Positions 10,309 through 22,300 are shown, numbered from the stretch's first letter. The stretch is 64,000 bases of DNA from Alphaproteobacteria bacterium (GCA_965237415.1 CBDEFM010000002.1:3296001-3360000); one strand, 5' to 3'. Notes: a model not told the origin generated them from the sequence alone. Translations and numbers: made by a program.

Positions 10309-11559
10309 ATGACTGAGGGCGGGGCGGAAGCGCCGCTCGATACCGCCTTCGCCCGCGCGCACTTCCCCGCGCTCGCAGGCCCGTGGGCGCTGTTCGAGAA
10401 CGCGGGCGGCACCCTCGTCGCGTCGCAGGCGCTCGAGCGCATCCGCACCTACATGACCGAGTGTCAGGTGCAGCCGGGCGCGGCCTACCCCGCCTCGGCC
10501 CGCGCCGCCGAGATGATCGCCGAGAGCCACCGGGCGATGGCCGCGATGATCAACGCCGAGCCCGAAGAGGTGATGATCGGGCCCTCCACCTCGATGAACG
10601 TGTTCCTCCTCGCCCAGGCGCTGAGGCCCGGTTTGCGGGAGGGGGACGAGATCATTGTCACCAATCTCGATCACGAGGCGAATGTCGGCGCCTGGCGCAA
10701 GCTCGCAGCCGATGGGATCAGGGTGCGCGAGTGGCGCTTCGATGAGGAAACCCTGACGCTGGAGCCGGAGGGGCTCGCCGCGCTGCTGAACGAGCGCACA
10801 CGCGCGGTCTGTTTCGGCCACTGCTCCAACATCACCGGCAGCTTCACCGATGTGCCGGCGCTGGTGCGCATGATTCACGATGCCGGTGCGCGCGCCTGCG
10901 TGGATGGAGTCGCCTACGGGGCGCACCGCGCCATCGACGTGAAGGCGTGGGATGTCGATTTCTACCTTTGCTCGACCTACAAGCTCTACGGGCCGCACCT
11001 GGCGCTCCTCTACGGCAAGCGCGCGCACTTTGAGCGGGCAGCGCCGCTCAACCACTTCTTCCTCGACGACGAGCTGCCGCTGAAGCTGAACCCGGGCGGC
11101 CCCAACCACGAGCTGAGCGCCGGTCTCGCCGGCATCACCGCCTATCTCGACGCGCTCCACGTCCACCATGAGGGAGAGACCAACCGGCCGCTCCACGGCC
11201 GGCTCGCCGCGATCTTCGAGCGCATCGCGGCGCATGAGGAGGCGCTCGGCGCGCCGCTGCTGGATTTCCTCGCATCGAAGCCCGGCGTCCGCCTCATCGG
11301 CAACCCGAGCGCCGATCGGCACGTGCGGGCGCCGACCTTCTCCTTCGCGGTCGATGGCCGCGAAGCCGGCGAGATCGCCCGCGCCGTCAGCGCCCACAAG
11401 GTCGCCATCGGCGCAGGCGACTTTTACGCCCCCCGCTGTGTCGAGGCCCTCGGCCTCGCTGCCCGTGGCGGCATCGTCCGCGCGAGCATGGTCCACTACA
11501 ACACAATGGGCGAGGTCGAACGCCTGATCCGCGCCATCGATGAGGCGATCCCCGGCTAG
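10309..11559 (+). CDS. Class V aminotransferase, cysteine desulfurase-like
   Basis: FENAGG, DHEANV, VDGVAY, STYKLYGPH (PLP Lys), VRASMVHYN. Confidence 0.88.
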   Translation: MTEGGAEAPLDTAFARAHFPALAGPWALFENAGGTLVASQALERIRTYMTECQVQPGAAYPASARAAEMIAESHRAMAAMINAEPEEVMIGPSTSMNVFLLAQALRPGLREGDEIIVTNLDHEANVGAWRKLAADGIRVREWRFDEETLTLEPEGLAALLNERTRAVCFGHCSNITGSFTDVPALVRMIHDAGARACVDGVAYGAHRAIDVKAWDVDFYLCSTYKLYGPHLALLYGKRAHFERAAPLNHFFLDDELPLKLNPGGPNHELSAGLAGITAYLDALHVHHEGETNRPLHGRLAAIFERIAAHEEALGAPLLDFLASKPGVRLIGNPSADRHVRAPTFSFAVDGREAGEIARAVSAHKVAIGAGDFYAPRCVEALGLAARGGIVRASMVHYNTMGEVERLIRAIDEAIPG

Positions 11560-11683
11560 CGTTTGCCGCACCTGGCGGCCGCGCGCTCGATCCCGCGCGG
11601 ACGCGGTGCGCTTGTGCCCCGGGCCGGCATGACGCACTTTTCAAGAACTCCGGTTCAGTTCCGTCAGCGAGGGGGACGCGGGC

Positions 11684-12538
11684 ATGGGGATCGTGACGGA
11701 CGTCGTGTTGCCGATTGCCCTCGCGTTCATCATGCTCTCGCTCGGGCTCGGGCTCACCTTCGGCGATTTCGCCCGGGTTGCGAAGCACCCGCGCGACTTC
11801 CTCGTGGGTGCCGTGTCGCAGGTGGTGCTCCTGCCGGCGGTGGCCTTCGTCCTGGTCAGCGTCTGGCCGCTCCCGCCCGAAGTGGCTCTCGGGGTGATGA
11901 TCATCGCCGCGGCGCCCGGCGGGGTGACCTCCAATCTGCTCACGGCCTTCGGACGCGGCGACGTGGCATTGTCCATATCGCTCACCGCCGTCGTCAGTCT
12001 GCTCAGCGTCATCACGATCCCGCTCATCGTCGTGTTCGCCTACACCCGGTTTGTGGGCGGCGATGCGGGCGATATCTCCGTTGCCGAAACCGCGGTCAGC
12101 GTCTTCCTAATCGTCACCTTGCCGGCTCTGATCGGCCTCGCGATCCGGCGCTGGGCCGAGGGATTCGCCACAAGGGTCCACCCCACCGCGCGCAGGATCT
12201 CGGCGCTGCTCTTCGTGCTGGTCCTGGCCGCGGCGGTCTACCAGGAACGAGAGAACGTCGTCGCCTACATGAGCCAGGCAGGCCCCGTCACGGTGGTGCT
12301 GAACGTCGTGATGATGGTCCTGGCCTACTTCCTCGCGAGGCTCTTCGCGACCGGCCCGCGCCGGCGTATCGCCATCTCCATCGAATGCGGGGTGCAGAAC
12401 GGCACCCTCGCCATCGCCGTGGCGACGCTTCTGTTCGGTGGCGGCCTCGTCGCCGTGCCTGCGGCCACCTACAGCCTGATCATGTTCGCGACCGCACTCA
12501 TCTTCATCGCCTTCCTGAGGCGACGCGTTGCGGGCTAA
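11684..12538 (+). CDS. Bile acid:sodium symporter family transporter
   Basis: PGGVTSN, GDVALS, IECGVQNG; multiple TM helices. Confidence 0.9.
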   Translation: MGIVTDVVLPIALAFIMLSLGLGLTFGDFARVAKHPRDFLVGAVSQVVLLPAVAFVLVSVWPLPPEVALGVMIIAAAPGGVTSNLLTAFGRGDVALSISLTAVVSLLSVITIPLIVVFAYTRFVGGDAGDISVAETAVSVFLIVTLPALIGLAIRRWAEGFATRVHPTARRISALLFVLVLAAAVYQERENVVAYMSQAGPVTVVLNVVMMVLAYFLARLFATGPRRRIAISIECGVQNGTLAIAVATLLFGGGLVAVPAATYSLIMFATALIFIAFLRRRVAG

Positions 12539-13182
12539 AGCTTGCGCGCCTGGGCGATGGGCAGGTTGGCGATGCGGGCGTATTCGCCCGTCTCGAGCAG
12601 CCCTGGATCGTTCAGATAGTCCAGCACCAGATCGGTCGCGTCGAGGCCCCAGAAGAGCTCGCCGCCAATGGCAAAGGTGGGGACACCGAAGACCCCGCGC
12701 CTGGCGGCCTCCTCGGTGCTCTTCTTCAGCGCCTCCTTGACCTCGGGCCGGGCGATGGCCTCGTCGGCGTCCGCGATGGCGAGCCGCTCGGTGAGCCCCT
12801 GCCACTCGTCGTCGCGGGAGACGTCGCGCCCTTCGGCCCATATGGCGTCGAAGACCGCGCGTATGAGCGCAGGCTCGGCACCGTGGGCGACGGCCAGCCG
12901 GAGCGGGCGCAGCGGGTTGAACGGATGCGCCGGCGGCATGCGAAAGGGGATGCCGTGGCGTGCCGCGTACCAGTGGCACCAGCGATAGGTGTGCACGCGC
13001 TTGGCCGGAATCTCCGCAGGCCCCTTGTGCTCCCAATGGCCGAGGAGCCCTGCGAAGAGAACCGGGCGATAGGTGATCGTGAGGTCCGGCGGCAGCCGGT
13101 CGAATTGGACGAGTTGCAGATAGGAGAAAGGAGAGAGAAAATCGAAGTACCAGTCGGCGGCCCGCATCGGCCCGTCCCCCAC
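12535..13182 (-). CDS. 2-hydroxychromene-2-carboxylate isomerase / kappa-GST (DsbA-like)
   Basis: YFDFLSPFSYL, HPFNPL, GVFGVPTF, FWGLD; start may be ATG 13167. Confidence 0.88.
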   Translation of the reverse strand: MGDGPMRAADWYFDFLSPFSYLQLVQFDRLPPDLTITYRPVLFAGLLGHWEHKGPAEIPAKRVHTYRWCHWYAARHGIPFRMPPAHPFNPLRPLRLAVAHGAEPALIRAVFDAIWAEGRDVSRDDEWQGLTERLAIADADEAIARPEVKEALKKSTEEAARRGVFGVPTFAIGGELFWGLDATDLVLDYLNDPGLLETGEYARIANLPIAQARKL

Positions 13183-13277
13183 GTTCGAACATCCGGGTCG
13201 CCGGCCGATTGTGCCCGGTTCGGCTCGGCCGTGCGAGGGCGCGCGGGTGGCCTGCGGGCGGAAGCGGCGGAGGAACG

Positions 13278-14012
13278 ATGAGCGAGACTGAGCGCGAGGC
13301 GCGGATCGACTTGGCGGCGGCCTATCGGATGGCCTGCCATCACGGGCTCAACGAGGGCGTCTGCAACCACTTCTCCCTCATGCTGCCGGGAAGCAGCGAC
13401 CGCTTCCTGCTGATCGCCTACGGCACCCACTGGAGCGAGGTGCGCGCCAGCACGCTCCTCGTCGTGGACCTGGACGGCCGCGTGATCGAGGGCGAAGGAG
13501 AAGTGGAGGAGACCGCCGTCTGTCTGCACGCCCCCCTCCACAGGGCGCGACCGGATCTGCGCTGCCTGATGCACACCCATCAGCCCCAGGTGCTGGCGCT
13601 CGCCATGATCGAGGACGGCCGGCTGGAGCCCGTAAGCCAGAACGCGCTCCGCTTCAGCCATCGCATCGCCTACGACCGGGCGTATCAGGGCGTCGCCCTT
13701 GCCGAAAGCGAGGGCGACCGCGTGGCCCGCGCGATGGACGGCGCCGACATCCTCTTCATGGGAAATCACGGCCTGATGGTGGGGGGCACCGACGTCGCCA
13801 AGGCCTACGACGACCTCTACTATCTGGAGCGCGCGGCGATGGTTCAGATCCTCGCCATGAGCACGGGCCGCCCGCTCAAGCCGATCCCGCCCGAGATGCA
13901 GGCGGAAACCGTGAGCCAGTTGTCGCGGGACAACAGGCACCGTTACGCGCTCGAGCATTTCGCGGCGATCAAGCGGATTCTCGACCGCACCGAGCCCGAC
14001 TACCGCGAATAA
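13278..14012 (+). CDS. Class II aldolase/adducin family protein
   Basis: RIDLAAAYR, NHFS, LHAPLH, MHTH, NHG, YYLERA; GGAGG RBS before ATG 13278. Confidence 0.9.
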   Translation: MSETEREARIDLAAAYRMACHHGLNEGVCNHFSLMLPGSSDRFLLIAYGTHWSEVRASTLLVVDLDGRVIEGEGEVEETAVCLHAPLHRARPDLRCLMHTHQPQVLALAMIEDGRLEPVSQNALRFSHRIAYDRAYQGVALAESEGDRVARAMDGADILFMGNHGLMVGGTDVAKAYDDLYYLERAAMVQILAMSTGRPLKPIPPEMQAETVSQLSRDNRHRYALEHFAAIKRILDRTEPDYRE

Positions 14013-14049
14013 TCTTGCCGGACTTGATCGGAAACGAACGAGAGGCGCG

Positions 14050-14238
14050 ATGACTGAATTGGAGATCGCCGACTGAATCAACGATACCTGCCCCTGGTCG
14101 GGGGAGCCGGTACAAGCCGACTCCCTGACCGAGTACAACGGCGAAGTCGTCGGCTTCTGCAATCCCGGGTGCCGCGACAAGTTCGACACCGCGCTCCGCC
14201 ACTTCGAGAAGGCGAAGGCGTCGAGGGGAGCACAGTAG
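14050..14238 (+). CDS. Small YHS/TRASH-like Cys-rich protein with in-frame TGA at codon 9 (candidate selenoprotein or pseudogene)
   Basis: GAGAGG RBS; MTELEIAD*INDTCPWSGEPVQADSLTEYNGEVVGFCNPGCRDKFDTALRHFEKAKASRGAQ-stop; absent from ORF track. Confidence 0.75.
14085..14112 (+). promoter_or_regulatory. Candidate bacterial SECIS hairpin
   Basis: TACC-TG-CCCCT-[GGTC]-GGGGG-AGCC-GGTA; G-initiated apical loop follows a 19-nt spacer after TGA 14074-14076. Confidence 0.4.
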
Positions 14239-14315
14239 AGCCGACCCCTGGCGGTTGCATCGGCGGTCGATCCGCGCGAGCCTCGGGCAAGTCACCGACC
14301 CTGGGAGACACTGCC

Positions 14316-14978
14316 ATGGCCGCGAAACGAGTGGTGCTGACCGGCTACGAGCCCTGGTCTCACGCAAGCGAGAACCCCACCCTCAATCTGCTCGACCGGG
14401 CGCGGGAGCGCAACTTTGCCGACGTCGAGCTGATTACGATCCGTGTGCCGGTGGAGAGCGAGCGCATCACGCCCCTCGTGGACGAGGCCCTCGACACTCA
14501 CCGGCCGGACATATGGATCAGCCTCGGGCTCTATCCCGGCAGTCCGGTGGTCTCGGTCGAGCGGACCGCGGCCAACATCAGGGACTTCCCGGTGCCGGAC
14601 AACGCCGATGCCCAACCGGTCGACGAGCCCGTGTTCGCCGACGGCCCTTTCGCCTATCGGTCCACGCTGCCGATCAAGTCCATGGTGGCGGCGATGAACG
14701 ACCGCGCGGTCCCGGCCAAGATCTCAAATACGGCGTCCACCTATCTCTGCAACCAGATCATGTACACCGCGCTCCATCTCGTGCGTGAGAAGGCGTTGCC
14801 GACGCGCGCGGGTTTCATCCATGTGCCGTGCACGCCGGGCTATGTCGCGCGCGCCGCCTATCCCGAGCACGAGTTCCCATCGATGAGCCTCGATGTGATG
14901 GCGGACGCGGTGGATGCGGCGATCGTCACCGCCACGGAGCTGGAGGACGATATCGAGGCGGCGCCCAAGGGGTATTAG
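14316..14978 (+). CDS. pcp: Pyroglutamyl-peptidase I (C15)
   Basis: LTGYEPW, VERTAAN, PDN, STLP, ASTYLCN (catalytic Cys), GFIHVP. Confidence 0.92.
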   Translation: MAAKRVVLTGYEPWSHASENPTLNLLDRARERNFADVELITIRVPVESERITPLVDEALDTHRPDIWISLGLYPGSPVVSVERTAANIRDFPVPDNADAQPVDEPVFADGPFAYRSTLPIKSMVAAMNDRAVPAKISNTASTYLCNQIMYTALHLVREKALPTRAGFIHVPCTPGYVARAAYPEHEFPSMSLDVMADAVDAAIVTATELEDDIEAAPKGY

Positions 14979-15709
14979 GCAGAACCCGTCGAAGACGGGC
15001 TCGCTTTAGCCTGCGTGCTCAGTCCGCTTGCCGCGCCGCGGTAGCCCGTGGCGAGCACGTAAGTCTCCGCGGAGTCGGCGCGGCTCGCCGGCGGCTTGGC
15101 GTTCCGCACCCGTGCGAAGGCTTGGCGCAGCCGGATCTGGAGCGCGCTGTCGCCCCCTTGGCGCAGCTTGGCGAGAAAGCACCCGCCTGGAGCGAGCAGC
15201 GGTTCCGCGAGATCGAGCGCGGTCTCGCAGAGCGCCGAGACGCGCAGGCGATCGGTCGGCGCATGACCGGTGGTCGGCGCCGCCATGTCGCTCATCACCA
15301 GGTCGGCCGGGCCTCCCAGCGCGGCGCGAATCTCGTCGAACGCGTCGGCGCCGCATGCGTCGATCTTGAGCACGACGACACCCTCGATCGGCTCTATCTC
15401 GGCGAGGTCGACCGCGACCACGCGCCCGCGCTTCCCCACCCGCGCCGCTGCCACCTGGCTCCAGCCGCCGGGCGCGGCGCCTAGGTCGACCACCCGCTGC
15501 CCCGGCCGGAGGATGTCCCCCGTCTCGGCGAGGCCGATCAGCTTGTAGACGGCGCGGGAGCGGTAGCCGGCCTCGCGCGCCGCGCGGACGTAGGGGTCGT
15601 TGAGCTGGCGTTCCAGCCAGCGGGTCGACGACGGTTTGCGGCGGCGCGCGCGCTTCAGCCTGACCGGTGCCCGGCGCTTCTGAGGGCTGCCGTCGTCGCC
15701 TGCGGTCAC
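14975..15709 (-). CDS. rlmE: 23S rRNA Um2552 methyltransferase
   Basis: WLERQLNDPY, GYRSRAVYKL, VDLGAAPGGW, SDMA, KPPASR. Confidence 0.94.
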   Translation of the reverse strand: MTAGDDGSPQKRRAPVRLKRARRRKPSSTRWLERQLNDPYVRAAREAGYRSRAVYKLIGLAETGDILRPGQRVVDLGAAPGGWSQVAAARVGKRGRVVAVDLAEIEPIEGVVVLKIDACGADAFDEIRAALGGPADLVMSDMAAPTTGHAPTDRLRVSALCETALDLAEPLLAPGGCFLAKLRQGGDSALQIRLRQAFARVRNAKPPASRADSAETYVLATGYRGAASGLSTQAKASPSSTGSA

Positions 15710-16701
15710 GGCGACGCGCTCTCCCTGCGTTCGGTCCGCGCCGCCCGCATCATCCTGAGCAGCATCCCCTCGCGGAGCCCCCGGTCGGCGACATCGAGCT
15801 GCCCGGCCGGGCAGGCGGCCATGACCGCGTCGAGGATGGCGCAGCCCGCGACCATCACGTCCCCGCGACCCGGTCCGATACAGGGCTGTGCCGCACGGGC
15901 AGCATAGTCCTGATCGATGACCGTCTCGATCACGGCCCGCACGTCGTCGAACTGAAGCCGGAGGCCGTCCACCTGCTGCCGGTCGTAGCGGGGGAGAGCG
16001 AGATGAATGCCGGCGATGGTGGTGACGGTGCCCGAAGTGCCGAGGAGCTGAACGGTGTTGTCGCCGGCGCCCTTACGGATGCCATGGGTCTCGGCGAAGG
16101 GGCCGATCTCGGCCTCGATTTCGGCGACCATTGCGGCATAGACCGCGCGGCCGATCCGATCGCCGCCGTAGCGTTCGGCGAGCGACACGACCCCGTGACC
16201 GATGGAGCTCCACGCGGCGAGCACTGGCGGCCGGCCGTCATCGAGACGGACCCAAATGAGCTCCGTGCTGCCGCCGCCGATATCGAGCAGCAGCACATGC
16301 TGCATCGTCCGGTCGAACAAGGGCATGCAGCCCTCAAGGGCAAGCTGCGCTTCCTCGGCCGGCGATATGATTTCGATCGAAAGCCCGGTCTCGTCGTCGG
16401 CACGGTCGATGAACGCCTGGCGATTCTCCGCCCGCCGGCAGGCCTCGGTCGCCACCGCCCGATAGCGATTGACGCCACCCTTTCTCAGCTTGCCGGCGCA
16501 GACCCTGAGCGCACCGATGGTCCGCTCGATCGCCTGCTCGGAGAGCCGCCCCGATCGCGCCACGCCCTCGCCGAGCCGCACGATGCGGGAGAAGGCATCG
16601 ACGACGCGGAAGCCTTCTCCCTTCGGGCGCGCGACGAGGAGCCGGCAGTTGTTCGTGCCGAGGTCGAGCGCGCCGAATGAAGGGCCGGGCCGATCGCTCA
16701 C
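15706..16701 (-). CDS. ppx: Ppx/GppA family phosphatase
   Basis: ALDLGTNNCRL, VATEACR, DIGGGSTE, GTSGT, DRGLREG. Confidence 0.92.
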   Translation of the reverse strand: MSDRPGPSFGALDLGTNNCRLLVARPKGEGFRVVDAFSRIVRLGEGVARSGRLSEQAIERTIGALRVCAGKLRKGGVNRYRAVATEACRRAENRQAFIDRADDETGLSIEIISPAEEAQLALEGCMPLFDRTMQHVLLLDIGGGSTELIWVRLDDGRPPVLAAWSSIGHGVVSLAERYGGDRIGRAVYAAMVAEIEAEIGPFAETHGIRKGAGDNTVQLLGTSGTVTTIAGIHLALPRYDRQQVDGLRLQFDDVRAVIETVIDQDYAARAAQPCIGPGRGDVMVAGCAILDAVMAACPAGQLDVADRGLREGMLLRMMRAARTERRESASP

Positions 16702-16850
16702 TGTGCTTGCTCCGATTGCCGGGGCGCCCGCTCCCCGGCGCCGGCTTAGGGGTCATTACACCGTGTGCGCCCGCGCCTGGCAACGCACCCGAATGGGTTT
16801 ATGGGCGACTATCGCTGCGCGCTGCCCGGCGTGCGCGGCTGGACGATCGG

Positions 16851-16878
16851 TTGACACGCCCGCCCCATGTCATAAGTT
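16851..16878 (+). promoter_or_regulatory. Sigma-70 promoter of tRNA-Gln
   Basis: TTGACA-N16-TAAGTT just upstream of the tRNA. Confidence 0.6.
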
Positions 16879-16894
16879 TCGGGCGACGGCCTGC

Positions 16895-16968
16895 TGGGGG
16901 ATAGTCTAACGGCAGGACAGCGGACTCTGACTCCGTAGGTCCAGGTTCGAATCCTGGTCCCCCAGCCA
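16895..16968 (+). tRNA. tRNA-Gln(CTG)
   Basis: 74 nt; acceptor TGGGGGA/TCCCCCA, anticodon arm CGGA-CTCTGAC-TCCG, T arm CCAGG-TTCGAAT-CCTGG, encoded CCA. Confidence 0.97.
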
Positions 16969-17042
16969 CCTCTTCCGCCCGGCGCGGCCCGATGGCCCCG
17001 CGCCGAGGCCCATCCCAAGCCCGTGATATGGACGCTAGGCGA

Positions 17043-18140
17043 TCAGGTGTGGGTGCGGGTCTTTTCCAGGTCGTAGAACGGAATCTGCGAGACCGTCGCC
17101 GCGCACTGCATCGTCTCGCCCTCGACCCCGAGTTGAGTGCCCTCGGCCGCTGCGTGCGGTGCCACGTGGCAAAGCGCGAGGGATTTCTTCAACCGGTGCG
17201 ACCAGGCCGGGCTGTTGACGACGCCGACCCGCTCGCCGGCGAGGGTGAGCGCGGCGCCCGCCTCCACCGCGTCGTCGTGATCGGCCACGACGCCGACCAT
17301 GAGCACCTTCTCCTGCCCCTTGCGAGCGAACACCGCGTCCTTGCCGCGAAAATCGCCCTTCTTGCGCGAGACCGACCAGCCCATGGTCACCTCCCAAGGC
17401 GTGTTCGCCTCGGTCATGTCGTAGGGATAGAAGAGAAGCGCAGCCTCCACCCTGATCTTGTCGAGGCAGGTGAAGGAGCAGGGGACGATACCGGCGCCCG
17501 CGCCGCGCTCGAGAATCTCTTCCCAGAGCGGCACCACGTGTTCGGCGGTGGCAAAGATCTCGTAGCCGCGCTCGCCGGAATAGCCGGTGCGCGAGATCAG
17601 GACCGGCCGGCCGAAGAGCGTGGTCTCGGCCTGGTGGAAGTAGCGGAGCGCGGGCAGGTCGATCGGGGTGTGCGGGTCGAGAATGCCCACCGACGCAGGC
17701 CCCTGCAGCGAGATATCGTGCAGATCGTCGTCGAAGGCGATACTCACCTGCTTACCCTCGGCGCTTTCCTGCAGCCGCTCCATGCAGGCGCCTGCGCCGT
17801 GGACGACGAGGAAGTCGTCATCGGCCAGGGTGAAGATAATGGCGTCGTCGCAGATGCCGCTGTCATCCTGCAAGACCGGCCCGTAGGCCGAACGCCCGAT
17901 GGGTATTCGCGACATGTCGCGGGTAATCACGTGGTCGCAGACGGCGGCAGCGTCGCTGCCGCGCACACGGACCTTCTTGAGCCCCGAGACGTCGAACAGG
18001 CCCGCTCTCTCCCGCACCGCGTCATGCTCGTCGCAGGGATCGCTGTGGTAGGTCCACGGCGCCCCCATGCCGTTCCAGTCCTCGAGGTTGGAGCCGAGCG
18101 CCCGATGGTGCGCGGCCAGCGCCGATTCACGTGTACTCAT
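17043..18140 (-). CDS. GcvT-family aminomethyltransferase (THF-dependent demethylase-like)
   Basis: EHDAVRERAGLFDVS, DDAII, SLQGP, SRTGYSGERGYE, RVEAALLFY; start MSTRES at 18140. Confidence 0.9.
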   Translation of the reverse strand: MSTRESALAAHHRALGSNLEDWNGMGAPWTYHSDPCDEHDAVRERAGLFDVSGLKKVRVRGSDAAAVCDHVITRDMSRIPIGRSAYGPVLQDDSGICDDAIIFTLADDDFLVVHGAGACMERLQESAEGKQVSIAFDDDLHDISLQGPASVGILDPHTPIDLPALRYFHQAETTLFGRPVLISRTGYSGERGYEIFATAEHVVPLWEEILERGAGAGIVPCSFTCLDKIRVEAALLFYPYDMTEANTPWEVTMGWSVSRKKGDFRGKDAVFARKGQEKVLMVGVVADHDDAVEAGAALTLAGERVGVVNSPAWSHRLKKSLALCHVAPHAAAEGTQLGVEGETMQCAATVSQIPFYDLEKTRTHT

Positions 18141-18223
18141 GGGCAGACTCCCTTTCTTATCCCTCAGTCGCGGGCGCTTGCTACGCTTGCATCGCGCGCC
18201 CCCGCGCGCGTATCCGCGCGACG

Positions 18224-20587
<2,364 letters not shown>

Positions 20588-20599
20588 TCACCTAACATT

Positions 20600-20651
20600 T
20601 GATTGATACAACCAAATAGTTGCCTTGCGCTATTATGATTGGTCCAACCAA
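20600..20651. promoter_or_regulatory. Pair of GntR/FadR-type operator boxes
   Basis: TGATTGATACAACCAA (20600) and TGATTGGTCCAACCAA (20636), 14/16 identical; core TTGGT-N3-ACCAA palindrome. Confidence 0.6.
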
Positions 20652-20821
20652 CAACTCGTATTCGCGACCTAATTTATCGCGCGGTCTTGACTCCGATCAA
20701 TGACAGCGAATACGGTTTTGCCTGACGATTTCGCAATAGGGGCGAAATTGATCTGGCTGCTCCGACAGATGGCGCCGCGCCACGGCGCCCCGCGCAGCCG
20801 CACCCAACAGGGAGACCAATC

Positions 20822-22093
20822 ATGGGCAAGAAGGGACTTACACGCAGGCAATTTTCGGGCACGGCCGCGGCTGCGGCCGGCGCCGTTGCCGCGTCGTCGT
20901 TCGGCGCCCCCCATGTCGCGCGGGGTGCCGAGAAGGTAGTCAAGCTCGGCTTTCTGGGGCCGCTCACCGGCGAAGTGGCGGGTTGGGCCCTGCCGGGCCG
21001 CAATGCGTGCCTGATTTGGGCCGATCAAGTCAACGCGGCCGGCGGCATCAAGATCGGCGACGACAACTACATGGTCGAGATCGTATCTTACGATGACGAG
21101 TACCTGGCGGACAGGGCCCTGATCGGCGCCAAGAAGCTGGTGCTTGAGGACGACGTCAAGATGATCATGATGCTGGGCGGAACCGACGCGCCGGCAGCCG
21201 TGCAGTTCTTCACCAAGCAGGAGATGCTGTCGACCACCCTGCTGCCGAGCGATCTCACCCCCGATACGCTCTATCACCTGGCGCCCGCCGAGGTGCATCC
21301 GCTCTACAACGTGACCGGCGTAGAGTGGCTGGCGGAGAACCGACCGGAGCTCAAGACCGCGGCGATCTGCGCCCAGGACGACGAGCTCGGGTGGCCCTCC
21401 GTCGCGACCTATCTCGCTGCGTTCGAGGCGGCAGGCATCGACGTCGTCTACAACAAGTACTTCGACATCGCGACCACCGACTTCGCGCCGGTCGTGACCG
21501 CGATGCTGGCCGAGAATCCTGACATCGTGTGCCTCGACACGGCCTATCCGGACTTCGTCAACCTGCTCTGCGAGCAACTGTTCCTGCAGAACTACGAGGG
21601 GCAAATCATCTCCTGCACCCTCGATTTCTACGGGCGGATAATCGAGAAAACGAGCAAGAAATTCCTCGAGGGTCTCGTGTTCCAGTTCCCGGATTTCGAC
21701 GACGCGGCGATGAACGAACCGCATATCAACTTCGACAACCCCAACGAGTTCTTCACCAACTACAACGAGCGCTTTCCGGACGCTTGGAGCGCGGTGACGT
21801 GGGAGTATCCCGCAATCGCCGAGATGTGGAGACTGGCGGCGGAGAAGGCCGGCTCCGTCGAGCCGATGGCCGTGTTCGCGGCGCTGAAGGAAGGCGGGCG
21901 CGGCCCCCATGTCTTCGGCGATGCCGCCTGGTGGGGCAGCGAGCTTTACGGAATCGACAACGCACTGGTCGGCAACTGGCCGGTGGTCCAGATCCAGGAC
22001 GGCAAGGCCACAATCGTCGATTACCGCAATATCCTCGACTGGTTTAGCAAGCACGGGGATCTGTTGATCAAGCATACCGAGGAGCAAGGCTAA
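20822..22093 (+). CDS. HAAT (LivK-like) ABC substrate-binding protein, Tat-exported
   Basis: LTRRQF twin-arginine signal, KLGFLGPLTG, VNAAGGI, YDDEY. Confidence 0.9.
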   Translation: MGKKGLTRRQFSGTAAAAAGAVAASSFGAPHVARGAEKVVKLGFLGPLTGEVAGWALPGRNACLIWADQVNAAGGIKIGDDNYMVEIVSYDDEYLADRALIGAKKLVLEDDVKMIMMLGGTDAPAAVQFFTKQEMLSTTLLPSDLTPDTLYHLAPAEVHPLYNVTGVEWLAENRPELKTAAICAQDDELGWPSVATYLAAFEAAGIDVVYNKYFDIATTDFAPVVTAMLAENPDIVCLDTAYPDFVNLLCEQLFLQNYEGQIISCTLDFYGRIIEKTSKKFLEGLVFQFPDFDDAAMNEPHINFDNPNEFFTNYNERFPDAWSAVTWEYPAIAEMWRLAAEKAGSVEPMAVFAALKEGGRGPHVFGDAAWWGSELYGIDNALVGNWPVVQIQDGKATIVDYRNILDWFSKHGDLLIKHTEEQG

Positions 22094-22164
22094 CTCTGGA
22101 GCCTGCGGTATCGACTACGTAATAAAGCGGCGGGTCCGTCGGCAGCACGGACCGCCGCCGGGGG

Positions 22165-22191
22165 AGTCGGGGCTGTGCGGCCCCGGCTTTT
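22165..22191 (+). terminator. Intercistronic stem-loop/terminator after SBP gene
   Basis: AGTCGGGGC...GCCCCGGCT followed by T run; preceded by a second GC hairpin. Confidence 0.55.
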
Positions 22192-22300
22192 CCATTGTAA
22201 GATTTATCTCAAGACAAGCGGCCACCCCATCCGACCCGGCACGTTGAGCACGTCGCCGGGCAGGCGGCCCCCGCCCTGCACCTGACCCGCACGAGGGACC

